Shown here: positions 25,406 to 39,344 of the stretch, in pieces
Layout of the letters: each line of letters opens with the position of its first letter
Position numbering within the stretch: position 1 is the first letter of the stretch
From: Eledone cirrhosa
Lineage: Eukaryota
DNA: 64,000 bases
Reading direction: 5' to 3'
NCBI GenBank assembly: GCA_964016885.1
Contig: OZ024745.1
Span: 98,518,001 to 98,582,000, forward strand
Made by a program: the position numbers and the translations under genes
The notes under the pieces: generated by a model
Database searches by the model: none
Told to the model about the DNA's origin: nothing
Seen by the model: only the letters and a program-made list of their open reading frames with translations

Positions 25406-25875
25406 GAGTGCTACTGGTTGCATGTAAACCAATACAAGCTGTCGCATGGTCGGGTCGTCGGCGACTAAACCGGCAACCCCACCAAGTTTACTCGGTGAGG
25501 AGGGTGATTTTGTACACCCTGCAGGACAAAAAACAAAACCTGACAATGGGCGGAAGAACTTATAAGAGTCAACAACGATCTAAAAAAAATCCTGCCAAAT
25601 CAATGGGTGGCAGTAGTTCCAGCTGCACACATCGAAAGACTGGTGTAGTGGTTCTTAGAACGATGCGGCTTTGCAGATGATCAATAAAAATTGACAATGG
25701 AAAGGCGCTCCCGCTCGAGTTAGAAGAGAACTATTGACCTTCATGAGAAGCAGCGACCCCTGATTGTATTCAGCAACCGAAACAAATATGAAGTACACCA
25801 AATCCAATACTCCTGGGAGCGGCCCTGGTTCTTCTTATTTGCGAGTGTAAACTCGGCCAGATTAGATTGAATTAG
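25406..25875 (+). mobile_element. Relative of family C: same 5' module, different 3' module ending in (TAGAT)-like tail
   Basis: 25406-25580 aligns to the minus-strand 5' end of family C; 25590-25870 matches 42160-42420 (minus). Confidence 0.7.
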
Positions 25876-25896
25876 CTGCCACCCCAAACCCTAATA

Positions 25897-26085
25897 AATG
25901 TTTCTACTTTTGGCACAAGACCAGAAATTATACCAGTGCATTTCTAGTACTTTATTTTATAGACCCCCATCAGGATGAAAGGCAAAGTTAACCTCGGCGA
26001 GATTTGAAATCAAACCGTAAAGAGACGTAACTCTATACTGCAAAGCAGGGCGTCCGACCCTCTACCGATACTGCCAATCCCAAGC
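25897..26085 (-). mobile_element. SINE family A
   Basis: Core and head match. Confidence 0.8.
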
Positions 26086-26305
26086 CATAATAATATGCAA
26101 ATAGGCCCATCTATTTCACTTTAACTGTCACATTGTATAGGTTGCTAAAGCATTTAGCTATGTATTTCTTCGTGGACTCTGAAAGATGTAGGTAGTGTCT
26201 GAAGGTGATTCCAACAAGAACCAGAACTCAGGTTAAACTGTTTCATCATTTTTTTTTTTCTTTTTCAATTCACGGAAAATTCGTAAATAGTACATGTTAA
26301 TATGT

Positions 26306-26396
<91 letters not shown>

Positions 26397-26513
26397 GTGA
26401 GTTTTATTGTAGTACAATAAAGCAATGCAGCTATCGGATAAGAAGCACTCTACAGTTTGTAGGACTGGAGTATAAATAATATAAGATCAAAAGATGGTTA
26501 AAAGAGTTCCATG

Positions 26514-26584
26514 TATTTTATTATGCGCATTTCAAAAACAAATATCATCATGAGATGACATTTGCGTTTTCATCAGATAAAATA
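26514..26584 (-). ncRNA. Type I hammerhead ribozyme
   Basis: Stem I UAUUUUAU/AUAAAAUA; CUGAUGA; ~15-bp stem II; GAAA; palindromic stem III AUGCGCAU; AUA site. Confidence 0.85.
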
Positions 26585-26637
26585 GGGATACATGATATGA
26601 AGATTAAAAAACACTTGTGAATAGTGGAGTTTTAAAT

Positions 26638-26751
<114 letters not shown>

Positions 26752-26934
26752 AAGCATTCCTTTTTCTTTAAATCCATCAACCAATGACCTCCACCCATCC
26801 GAATCACCACCCTCTCCTACCACCAGAAAAGCTACTCTGTTGTTGAAGAGTATTTTTTCTACAGCGGGATATGATTTGGTCATCTGTCATGTACACAATA
26901 GATCTTTTACGCTGTCAGTCAACTATGATCATAT

Positions 26935-27392
26935 CTACAGGCCGGTTATATGATGCCTGTGTGAGATGCGCGATGCTGCATGGTAGTGAGACATGGGCAG
27001 CAACTGCAGAAGATATGCTGCGGCTGGAGAGAAATGAAGCAAGTATGCTCCGTTGGATGTGCAATGTCAATGTGCGTGAACGACCAAGCATAGACGAGTT
27101 GAGAAAGAAACTGGGTATAACAGGGATAAGCTGTGGTGTGCAGGAGAGAAGGCTGATATGGTATGGACATGTGATGCGCATGGAGGATGACCGATGGATG
27201 AAGAAGTGGCAGGAAGTCCTAGTGGAGGGAAGACGCAGTAGAGGTAGACCACGAAAAACATGGGCGGAGGTGGTGAGACCTTAGATCGCTGAAACTCACG
27301 GAAGAGATGACAAAGGACCGAGACGGGTGGAGAGATGCTGTGCTGAATAGGACCCGCCCAACCCTTGCAAGCAGGGAAAAGCGGACGTAAGT
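26935..27392 (+). mobile_element. RTE-clade LINE 3' fragment
   Basis: LHGSETW, MLRWMC, RRLIWYGHVMRM, RGRPRKTW. Confidence 0.85.
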
Positions 27393-27836
27393 CTGTATTT
27401 TATCTATACAAATGCCATTATATAACATAACTCGGCAGTCTAGAGTACAATCTATTTAATATAATTATTATCTCTAACTTTTATTTATAATATTTATCCG
27501 AAGAGGAGAGAAAGTACCCATTTATGCAGTTGGCTTTAACATGGGCGGTAGGGGAACATAAACAAATATGTGTAGCTTATGTGGTTGATAATCGGTGTCA
27601 ATATTTCTGGTTAATAGTTAAAAGATAAGGAATTATATTATTGTTATTTGGCGGAAGAATAGGGACCAACAATGGTTTAATGTAGGGTTCACTATTTGAG
27701 TGTATGGGGCGAGAGGAGTAACAATATAGATTTGAACATAAAATTTGAACATTCATGGGAGAAAAATCCGCTGTGTTAGCAGTAGTATGGTTTCGAAGGT
27801 TTATGAAAATAAAAATATATATAAAGTAGATATTTA

Positions 27837-27908
<72 letters not shown>

Positions 27909-28120
27909 TCTCTCTCTCTCTCCTTTTCTTGCTCTTTATGACACACACACACACATCTAAATAGATAGACACACAGACGTTATCCAATGTGTCCCGTTTT
28001 TAAAAGATTAGAGGAGATTTCTCTGCTATTTTTAGCAGCTCACACGTAGAAGTTCTTCTTCATTGATATCTGTTGCACCCTGTTTCTCTCTCTCTCACTC
28101 TCTCTATCTATCTATCTATC

Positions 28121-28172
<52 letters not shown>

Positions 28173-28346
28173 CTCTCTCTCTCTCCCTCTCTCTCTTTCT
28201 TTCTCCCTCTCTCTTTCTCTGTGCGAACTCAGAGTGAAGTGAGTCGGTCAACAGCCTACTAAAATGATTAGTTATAAAATCGACTGAATTAACTGAATCT
28301 AAGTCAACAAAGTTCAATGATGAAGATAATATTGAAACAGTTTTAC

Positions 28347-28414
28347 CTTTGGCTTTTTCTCTGAAAGAATAGATTTTTCAATCAGTGACCTCTGCTTTAT
28401 CTTTGGTTTAGGAT
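28347..28414 (-). CDS. Candidate host exon (DPKPKIKQRSLIEKSILSEKKPK)
   Basis: Pyrimidine tract + AAG acceptor, AAG|GTAAAA donor, open phase 1 to phase 0. Confidence 0.45.
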
Positions 28415-28844
28415 CTTTTGATATAAAAATAAAAGAGAAAAAATCATAGCTTAATTGTTAAAAATTGTCGTTCAGTAAAATATTATATTTGTACATAATT
28501 ACTTCATTTACTCCACTCCACCGCATCCTTGTCCTTGATCTGCTAGAAACGTTAGCCAAATCTCCGGAATATAACGTGCCAGAAAAATAACAAAACAAAA
28601 AAACAAAAAGCGAGTCAATTACATCTGGAATGCGGATAAACGGTAAAGAATTGAGACTCAGAAACGGTTAAAGAAACAAGAAGTCTAGCTCGGCATCTGT
28701 GGGAATCTTGAAGGGGTGACTATTTACGAAACAAACTTTGTATGCCTCAGAACTGCCAACCTCTAAAATCCCAAACGGGGAGTTCCGTGAAAAAAAAGTG
28801 CCCCAATACGGAAAAAAATAAGGCAAAGAGGGAAAATTTTACAT

Positions 28845-29464
28845 AATTGTTTCTACTTTAGGCACAAGGCCAGCAATTACCCAGTACATTACTGGTACTT
28901 TATTTTGTCGACCCCGTAAGGATGAAAGGCAAAGTCAACCTCGGCGGGATTTGGACTCAGATCGTAAAGGGATGTAACTATGCTGGAAAGCATGGCGCCC
29001 GACCCTCTACCGATACTGCCAATCCACCAATGAAAGCTATACCCATTTTCACAAGAGAAGACATCCCTCATCCACCCCATAGTGGGTGGGAGATCTCCCC
29101 GTCGGACGAGGAGAGTTGACAGATCTAATGTATGTATGTGTTTGTATGTGTATGTTGATATTTTCTTCTTTTCGGGTTATAGCTACTGTCGCTCAGAGAG
29201 TTGGACTGGCTCAGTGCACAGTCTTTCCTCACTTTAAAAAAATATCTTCATGCACAGGCATTGCACGATAGAATTAATTAATTGTTTCTACTTTTGGCAC
29301 AAGGCCAGCAATTATCCCAGTGTATTACTGGTACTTTATTTTATCGACTCCTTAAGGATGAAAGGCAAAGTTAACCTCGGCGGGTTTTGAACTCAGCCCG
29401 TAAAGGGACGTAACTGTGCTGCAAAGCATGGCGTCCGACCCTCTACTGATACTGCCAATCCACC
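28845..29464 (-). mobile_element. Two SINE family A copies (28845-29028, 29281-29464) around a diverged family C fragment
   Basis: Second copy has 20-bp TSD GCACGATAGAATTAATTAAT (29263, 29465). Confidence 0.85.
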
Positions 29465-31220
29465 GCACGATAGAATTAATTAATAATTATTAATAATGGT
29501 ATATCGTGCAATGGCCATACTCGATAACGAGGGGGCAGCCATCATGTATGTGTGTATGTATTTATGTATGTATAGGCTCGTGATCCCTGGTGCAGTCGTA
29601 GTGACATTTGGCGTATTTGGGGTGTTTTAAATCCAGTCAAGCAACCCCTCTCCACGTTTGAACACAGCCGATTTCTTCCAGAGAAAGTGAGAGAAAAAGT
29701 GAGAAAGAGATGTAGAGGAAGAAACGATTCCAATACTTGACTGGTGCTGTTTTACCAACATCGAAGGGGTGAAAGGCAAGGTTAACCTCAACAAGTTTTG
29801 AACTCAGGGCGCAGAGAACTGGAGCGATTAACAAAAAGCATTCTATCTGACACTCTAACAACTCATAAACAAACTTTAAAATCTATATATAAATTTGAAC
29901 GACTTCCGCCCGTCCATCCGTCACACAATGTGTTTGTGGGGATATGTGTGTGTAAAAGGAAGAAAGGGGATGGTGAAAAAACTATAGCAAAACCGTGGCT
30001 GATGTTTCATTTGCTACGCTCTGTGTAAGTGTATGTGTATATTGTGTTTGTGTAAATGTATGTGTGTATGTGTGGGGGGGGGGGTGAATGTATGTGTGTG
30101 TTTGTGTGAATGTATGTCCGTGAGTGTGTATTTTTGTAAGTGTATCTGTATTTGCGCGTTTATATTTATATACTCATACATATAAATGTATGCATGTTCA
30201 CATACACAGACGCACGCACATATACACATACGTATCAGCGTGTTGAAAAAAATCCTAGTCTGTAAAATGGTAGACATTATATAGCCACATTCACATAAAT
30301 GGCATCATTACTAAGGAAAGGAAAGAAACCGATTGTCTGATAGGATCAAGAAACTGTTTCCATTGGTGATAATTTCTGTCGGTCGCATCTTCAGGCAAAA
30401 GCATCACTTCTTTTCTGGCAACAGGTATTGGGATCTGAACTCAAAACCAGAACATGTACCACAAATCATATCGTTCGACTCTTGGTACTTTTTTTACCGA
30501 CCCCGTATGAACGAAAGGCCAAATTGGAAATCAGAGCGTAGTTAGCCGGAACAAATTCCGACGTTCTGACGACCCCTATACTTGACTGATACTTTATTTT
30601 ATCGACCTCGGAAAGATGAAAGGCAGAGTTAACATTGACGGAATTTGAACACAGAACTTAGAAAATCGTAACTAGATACCGCAAAGACGTTCTACTGATT
30701 CCATCAAACCACTGCCCTACTGATGAGTTTACTATTAAACCACACAAATAAGCTAACAATCTGGAGCCTATATAGTGACAACATTCAAAACATTACCAGA
30801 AAGCCATTATTGTTGTCACTAACATAAATCAAATACAAATCTTTTCAATTTATGTTACTGACCTTGAACACACAGAATGACAACATCCAAAACATTTGCT
30901 GCACATTTTAATGCCTTATGGACAAAAGGAAATACCAGATATATTAAATATGGTTCTATTCTATTAACATAAACTAAAAATTCCTCCCGACTTTCAGAAA
31001 GACTTCTTATCTGTCAGTTTTGATTTACATTAAAACCTTTTGACATTATCCAAAGAAAAAGAGCCTGGACGTGTAGAAGAAGGCTTTATCGACGTGTTTT
31101 ATCATCTGTAAATAAAGGTTAATCCCCACTATCTTGTAAGTTCTGAAGAAATTCGTTCCTATTATGTTAAGAGAGTGAACCATTTCACTGATATAATTTA
31201 TCAGTAAATTTCTTTGGTAA

Positions 31221-31260
<40 letters not shown>

Positions 31261-31696
31261 TTTGAAGGATTTAATAAAACCAGATAAACTAAAACAAACT
31301 ATAGTATGAAAATATTTATTTTCCTAGATTGGAAATCACAATTATTAGTGAAATGATAGATCAGAGAAAAGAGCAGTTACTTTAGTTGTCAGTAGAGAAC
31401 ATCCCCTGTAGACAAAGTTTAATCAGAAGATGATGCTACAACTAAAAACGGTTATAAAATAACAAGCTGAGAGATTAGAATTTTCTGCATATATAATTAC
31501 AGAAAGCTATCGAACGAGGAAGTATTAAAACAATTTTAGACTTACTTGTGATATTAATAGAAAGACTCATACATATGGAAGTGAACAAAATACACGGACT
31601 TTTCCACATTGTGTGTTGTTTATTTATTGATCGTAATATGTAGTGATGATTTTTATTATATATATACATATATGTTTGAGTGTGTGTATGTGTGTT

Positions 31697-31742
<46 letters not shown>

Positions 31743-31801
31743 CATATATATGCATATACACATACATACACACATCGCATACATGCACACACCCACAAAT
31801 A

Positions 31802-33105
31802 TCTCTTCTCTCTATATATAAAACGGAAGATGTCTGTCTGTGTGTGTGTATGATTTTTATGCATTTCCACATTTCTCTACCGATTTTGATGATTTTTTTC
31901 CCAATGTGCTCCAAATTTACCAACGATGGTCAACGCATAATAAACTTTGCAAAAGATTTCCTGCTTCTATAAAACAAATCGATAAAACTAAATACATGCT
32001 GTAACCTACTCTCTTACACGCTTAATTCCTTTCTCTACTACCCTAAAAAAAATCGATGAAACTACATACATGTTGCAACTCTCTTTAAAAGGTTCATCCC
32101 TCCCTCTACTCTCCTCTCAATCTCCTCTGCAACTCTAACAGCGACAAAACTTCGTTCAGGAACGCAACATAAACTTTGAAAACTATGCAACACATCAATT
32201 TATACAACAACAAACATAGTCATAACGACGCTCATACATCAAATAACAAAACTTAAAAAGCCGATAAAATAAATAGATTTCATTCAAAAAATTTTCTAAG
32301 TGAGTTAATATCTGTATACAACAACTACAACGGTACGCGATGGGGCCCACCCACAGCCCCGGCGGACAGAATGGAGAAGGCGTTTCCCCGGAGGACGGCA
32401 AGGGAGACGCGCTGGAAAAGCCACTCCAACTCGCGGGGCTCACACCTGCGGCTGGCCAGCTCAGCGCCTATGGTGATGAGTAAGGAGGTAGTCCTGGGCC
32501 CGAGGACACCAGAAGTCTCCACTGCCAGGGGAACGACCGCAAACCTGTCAGAGAGCAACTGGTATTTGACCATTACATTTTACAACCATTACATTTTACA
32601 TCAAATAACAAATATTCAAAAGCATCAGATGAATTTATACAACAAACGTAGTGATAACGACGCTTAAGCATTTATTTACTTGAATCTCAACAAAGACATA
32701 TTTTATTGTCCTTTTTGTAATTTTTTTTCTTTGTTTTTAGCAATATGAGACAAAAAAATAATGAGAAAACTTTTATCAGGAACGTCCGATTTTGATGATT
32801 TTTTTTTCCAGTATGCTCCAAATTATCGCCCCTGTTTACGCTCTTTTGTGCTATAACTCAGACGGGCTTGGCTTACAGGTTTGTCCTACTATTTGACGTG
32901 CATTCTTCATACAACTTACTTAGTACTCACTTTCCACTTATTCACTGTTCAATTGAAATTTGTTGGTACCCCACCCCCCACCCCCACCCCTACTTCCTTG
33001 CTTACTCGTATTTACTTTCTTTGCCTCAATAATCATAATTGAGTGGAATCATTAAGAGTACTTTAAAGCAATTAAACTCCGAGCAATGCCGGGCACTTCT
33101 GCTAG
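31802..33105 (+). mobile_element. Non-autonomous Helitron containing a CRE C-terminal fragment
   Basis: A|TC..CTATATATAAAA..GTCTGTCTGTGTG 5' end; CCGAGCAATGCCGGG..CTAG|T 3' end. Confidence 0.7.
32330..32562 (-). mobile_element. CRE-clade RLE C-terminal fragment
   Basis: VPLAVETSGVLGP..LFQRVSLAVLRGNA. Confidence 0.8.
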
Positions 33106-33140
33106 TATTATATATATATATATATATCATATATAGATAA

Positions 33141-33194
<54 letters not shown>

Positions 33195-33229
33195 GTCATA
33201 TATATATATCATATATATATATATGTATG

Positions 33230-33300
<71 letters not shown>

Positions 33301-33306
33301 CTCGTT

Positions 33307-33349
<43 letters not shown>

Positions 33350-33421
33350 CATTTCAGAAACTAATTAGTTGGGAGTGAAATTTTAGTAAGTAAGTTAATT
33401 TTATAATTTTCTTATTTTACG

Positions 33422-33525
<104 letters not shown>

Positions 33526-33817
33526 TATATCATATATATATACATATACACATACTCTTACTATCCACTTTCCACAGTGTGACACAGTTTCAGACAGTTT
33601 ACACCACAGACACACCACCTTTGATATAAAAAATATTACATAGATACCATGTTGTAAATCAGGAGCAATTTTGATAAAATGATGACGCCTATGAATTATC
33701 TCCTTAGGCCGCTTTCTCTTGTGTGATTCAATTGTATCGTCTTCCTATTAGAAATAGATGGATCAACCATTAAACAAGCAGTTAAGTTTTACTGAATTAA
33801 ATTGTGAATTATAAACC

Positions 33818-34498
33818 AGTATCGGTAGAGGGTCGGACGCCATGCTTTGCAGCAAAGAGTTACGGCCCTTTATGGTCTGAGTTCAAATCCCGCCGAGGTT
33901 AAGTTTGCCTTTCATCCTTACGGGGTCGATAAAATAAAGTAGCAGTAATACACTGGGATAATTGCTGGCCTTGTGCCAAAAATAGAAACAATTATTTGAT
34001 TGTCAGAGTTGTTAAAATGCCTTGCGGTATTTGTTCTGGTTCTTTATATTCAAATTCCACTGAGATCAACTTTGCTTTTTATCCTTACGGTGTTGGTAAA
34101 ATAAAGTTCCGTATAAAGTACCGTAAAGTAAACATAAATATTTGTGAAGGCGCGTGGCTTAGTGGTTAGAGCATTGGGCTTGAAATTGAGCGGTTGTGAG
34201 TTCGATTCTCGGACCGGGTGATGCGTTGTGACCTTCAGCAAGACACTTTATTTTACGTTGCTCCAGTTTACTCAGCTGTGGAAATGAGTTGTGACTTCAC
34301 TGGTACCAAGCTGTGTTGGTCATTGCCTTTCCCTTGGACAACATCGGTGGTGTGGCAAAGTTAACCTCGGCGGGATTTGAACTCAAACCATATCCCGCCG
34401 AGGTTAACTTTGCCTTTCATCCTTACGGGGTCGATGAAATAAAGTACCAGTAATGTACTGAGATAATTGCTGGCCTTGTGCCAAAAGTAGAAACAATA
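33818..34498 (+). mobile_element. SINE cluster (A, old A, B, and A with 5' inversion)
   Basis: Family A at 33818-33995 and 34356-34498; family B at 34143-34350. Confidence 0.8.
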
Positions 34499-35271
34499 AA
34501 ATAACTCCTTCGAAATATAGTAACTCCCCAATATAGTAACTGTTAAAGCTTAAGTAAATCTATTCCACATACCACCATAAATGAAACTTAAGGGTCAGTC
34601 CGTCTGTTTGTTCCGGCGGAAATGTCTGAACAAAGCTGTTGTTATTGGCCTAGCTGTTACCAACAAAGATATTGTTAATAGCTTGGCTGTTGCCAACATA
34701 AATGTTATTGTTGTTGTTGTTCTGTTTGTTGCCAACGAAGATGCTGTTGTTAACTCAACTGTTTCAAAAAAGCATTGGTTTTAGCATAGTTATTGTCAAT
34801 AAAGACCTTTGCTAGTTTCCACGATGGTTTTCTGTGCTTCTACAAAATGTTGTCGTCTGAGGTGATGGGAAGCTCACAGTTTCTGCCATTGTTCTTGTTA
34901 TCGAGCTTTTATTACTTTCACAGGTTTTTTTTGTGGTGGTAGTGGTGGTGTTGTTGGCGGTATTTTGTTTTGGCAATTTTCAGTAGCGGCAAGGTGTCAT
35001 ATTCCACAGTGGTTTCTTGTGCTTTGTTGTTGTTGCTGGTGGTGGTGGTATAACTACCTGTTGCAAATGTGGCGACAGCAGTGTGGAGGATTCTGTGTTT
35101 GGGAAGTGTGGGCAAGGGGGTCGAAGAAGATGACACCATCTTGTAATATTATTGAATTTTTTAAAACAAAGTCTCAAAAAGTATTTTGAAATTCCTGCCC
35201 CGGGGGCGAGTGACACAGGGAAACAACCATACCCTAGTTTAACAGCACTCTGGAAACAATAGTTCGACAAT

Positions 35272-36830
35272 AATTGTTTCTACTTTACGCACAAGGCCAG
35301 CAATTTTCCTCAGTGCATTACTGGTACTTTATTTTATCGACCCCGTAAGGATGAAAGGCAAAGTTAACCTCGGCGGGATTTGAATTCAGACAGTAAAGGG
35401 CCGCAACTCTATGCTGCATGGTGTCTGACACTCTATCGATACTGCCAATCTACCACCCTCAAGACTTAATTGTGTATGCTTCAAACCAGACAATAGTAGT
35501 CCCTAAACGGGTAAAATTTTAAAAACAATATCGAAACTTACGGTTGCAAAATAAAGCGTGCTACCAGCTAAGAAAACAAATATGACAATAATTCTTTCCA
35601 GCGTTGGCACAGTGAAGGTAGGCGGCCTAGTGGTTAAGGCATTTTAACTTACCACTATAATGTTGTGGGTTCAATTCCTGGACCAGGTGGTGCGTTAGCT
35701 TTTATTATCAAAACACTTCACTTTACTCCAGTAGACTCAGCTGAAAATGAGTACCAGCAGTAGCTGTGGGATTAATCCTGCCAAGGACTACTGTCCTTTA
35801 CTAGGGGGAGTCTTGTACTCTGAGTTTCTTAACAGGGGGGGGGGGTAACGCGGATAAGTACCGCACTAATGGCTTGGGACGGACAGATTAACATTTTTAA
35901 TGTTGGTACAAGCCCAGCAAATTGGGGGAAGGGAAAGCCGATTATTTGGACCCCAGTACTGGGGTAGTACTTTATTCTATCGGCCCTGCAAGAATAAATG
36001 GCAAATTTGATTTGATCGGGATTTGAACATGGGATGTAGAGTGTATAAAGATATATCGCAAAACATTTAATTCGACATCCTAATAGAGGTTTACAATTTA
36101 GGCACAAGGTCAACAAGTTTGGGTGGAAGGGAAAGTCGATTAAATCGATCCCAGTGTATGACTTGTACTTTATTTTATCGACCCCGTAAGGATGAAAAGC
36201 AAAGCTAACCTCGGTGGGATTTAAACTCAGAACGTAAAGGGACATAACTATATGCCGCAAAGATGGTGTCCGACCCTCTACCGATACTGCCAATCCACCA
36301 CCCTACCCTAATAATTGTTTCTACTTTAGGCACAAGGCCAGACCCTACCCTAATAATAATAACTGTTTCTTCTTTAGGCACAAGGCCAACAATTTGAAGG
36401 GGATGGGAAAGTAGATTAAATCGACCCCAGTGCATTACTGGTACTTTATTTATCGACCCCGTAAGGATGAAAGGTGAAGCTAACTTCGGTGGGATTTGAA
36501 TTCAGAATGTAAAAGGCCGTAACTCAAAGCTGCAAAGCATGGCATCCGACGCTCTACCGATACTGCCAATCCACCACCTTAATACCCTAACAATGGTTTC
36601 TTATATAGGCACAAGGCCAGCAATTTTGGGGGAGGGGAAAGTCGATTAAATCGACCCCAGTGCGTGACTGGTACTTTATTTTATCGACCCCCGTAAGGAT
36701 GAAAGGCAAAGTCAACCTCGGTGGTATTTGAACTCAGATCATAAAGGGCCGTAACTCTATGCTGCAAAGCATGGTGTCTAACGCTCTACCATTATGGCCA
36801 ATCCACTGCCTTAATACCCTAATAATAATA
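35272..36830 (-). mobile_element. SINE cluster: five family A copies (minus) and one family B (plus, 35611-35826)
   Basis: Repeated heads/cores separated by TACCCTAATAAT-like spacers. Confidence 0.85.
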
Positions 36831-36974
36831 ACACTGTCACATTGTAAGTGATTATGACATACAATAAGGTAAAGGGAGGTAATATAAGTTGAAGTTAACT
36901 TACTATATCATGTCCTTCTTTCGCTGAATTCAATATGTGTGTGTCGCGTGCACTTACCGAACCTTGTAAAAGAA

Positions 36975-37757
36975 GAAATTGAATAGATTGACTAAAATAA
37001 ATTGAATAGATTGACTAAAATAAATTGAATAGATTGACTAAAATAAATTGAATAGATTGACCAATAAATTGAATAAATTGACTAAAATAAATTGAATAGA
37101 TTGACCAATAAATTGAATAAATTGACTAAAATAAATTGAATAGATTGACCAATAAATTGAATAAATTGACTAAAATAAATTGAATAGATTGACCAATAAA
37201 TTGAATAGATTGACTAAAATAAATTGAATAGATTGACCAATAAATTGAATAGATTGACTAAAATAAATTGAATAGATTGACCAATAAATTGAATAAATTG
37301 ACTAAAATAAATTGAATAGATTGACCAATAAATTGAATAAATTGACTAAAATAAATTGAATAGATTGACCAATAAATTGAATAAATTGACTAAAATAAAT
37401 TGAATAGATTGACCAATAAATTGAATAAATTGACTAAAATAAATTGAATAGATTGACCAATAAATTGAATAAATTGACTAAAATAAATTGAATAGATTGA
37501 CCAATAAATTGAATAAATTGACTAAAATAAATTGAATAGATTGACCAATAAATTGAATAAATTGACTAAAATAAATTGAATAGATTGACCAATAAATTGA
37601 ATAAATTGACTAAAATAAATTGAATAGATTGACCAATAAATTGAATAAATTGACTAAAATAAATTGAATAGATTGACTAAAATAAATTGAATCAATTGAC
37701 TAAAATAAATTGAATAGATTGACCAATAAATTGAATAAATTGACCAATAAATTGAAT
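36975..37757. repeat. Minisatellite of alternating 23/21-bp units
   Basis: TAAATTGAATA(G/A)ATTGACTAAAA / TAAATTGAATAGATTGACCAA. Confidence 0.95.
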
Positions 37758-37758
37758 A

Positions 37759-38310
37759 TGTTTGGCACAAGGCCAGCAATTACTCCAGTGCATTACTGGT
37801 ACTTTATTTTATGACACCGGTAGGATGAAAGGCAAAGTTAACCTCGGCGGGATTTGAACTCAGAACGTAAAGGGCCATAACTATGCCGAAAAACATGGTG
37901 TCTGACGCTCTACCGATACTGCCAAACCACCGCCCTAATACTGATTGAATATTAATAGGTAAGGAGTGATTACGAAGGCTTGTGGCTTAGTGGATATGGG
38001 GGTTCGGCTAACAATCGTAAGGTTGTCAGTTCAATTCCCTACGATACATTGTGTTCTTGAGCAAGACACTTTATTTCACGTTTTACTAGTCCACTCAGCT
38101 GTCAAAAGAGTGTTGTATTGGTAATTCAAAGGGTTAGCCTTGTCATTCAGTGAATCCCCGAAAACTACGTTAACGGTAGACGTTCCTGTGGAATGATCCT
38201 CCAACGCCCACCACCACCACCACCACCACGCTAATTTCGCAAGTAGGGTGCTGCTCGGTTGTTCGAACAACTGGAATGTTCGTCGTCGGAAGTGACGGGG
38301 GTCCCCGCAC
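37759..38310. mobile_element. SINE A (minus, 37759-37935) and SINE B (plus, 37970-38310)
   Basis: Head and core matches. Confidence 0.8.
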
Positions 38311-39344
38311 TCCTTCTTCAAGCAGTGTTGAAACGTTGATTTCTGGGTTGATGGCTCTTAATATGTAAAGCGGTTTGAGTGAATTGTGGGAACAACTACT
38401 GTTGATCGTGTGTACTCACGCGCACACTTTTGTGTGTGTGTGTGTGAGTATGTGTATGTGTGTGTGAGTATGTGTATGTGTATGTGTGTGTGAGTATGTG
38501 TGCGTGTGTTGTGTGTGTGTATATGTGTTGTGTATGTATGCCTGTGTGCATGCGCGTCTTTACATATGTACGCACGATTAATTCTATTCTTAACATCGCA
38601 CGGCTAACGAGACAAAATATATATAAACACCCACACCTACACAGACTACGCACATATACACACACACTGATATATAAATATAAATAAATATATATGCATA
38701 CAAGTGCGTGTAGGTGTGTATATATTTGGAAGTGTATAATGAGAAACGAGGAGAGAAAGAGAATATATAAAGTCACACACACACAAACACATAACTAATC
38801 GAGTTCCTGCATACAAACACAGTCAGGCATGATAGGTGCATACATGATCAAACGATCTCACAGATTTAACTTAAAATTTGGAAACACCTGGAAAGGTCAT
38901 AGAGTGAAAGAAATACTCCTTAGTGTTGACTTTACAAGAAGATATGTAAGAGTTATTCCTATGCCACGTCAAATCAACTCGTTGACCTAGAGTACTAAAA
39001 ATACACTCGAAACCTGAGTGTATTTTAATGAGTATTTGGGATAGTGCGGCTTCGGAAGCATCCGATGATGTTGACAAGTTCTCCTTTTCAAGGTAGTGTT
39101 TTCGATGCTCAAAGGGTGGGATTGGTCGAGTGCAAGGCCTTCCTCACTTAAAAACCCTTCAAAGTACAAGCATTGCTTGTTCAGGATCTGTTACAAGCGA
39201 TTGCAATACTCTTAGCAGAGTCCGCAACCATCATTTGAGGTAGTACCTGGTAATTCAATGCTTTTACTTTATCAAGGTATCCTCGACATAACAAACCTTC
39301 AGTATCTTAACACTCATGCGCAGTGCACACATTCTTTCGCTTAC

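Noticed and set aside
30720-30745. CTGATGA followed by hairpin GTTTA/TAAAC
   Set aside because: GAAA and stems I/III are absent.
38987-39250. Additional exon downstream of 39345
   Set aside because: Phase-1 splicing to either AG gives an immediate stop; the 60-aa ORF needs phase 0.
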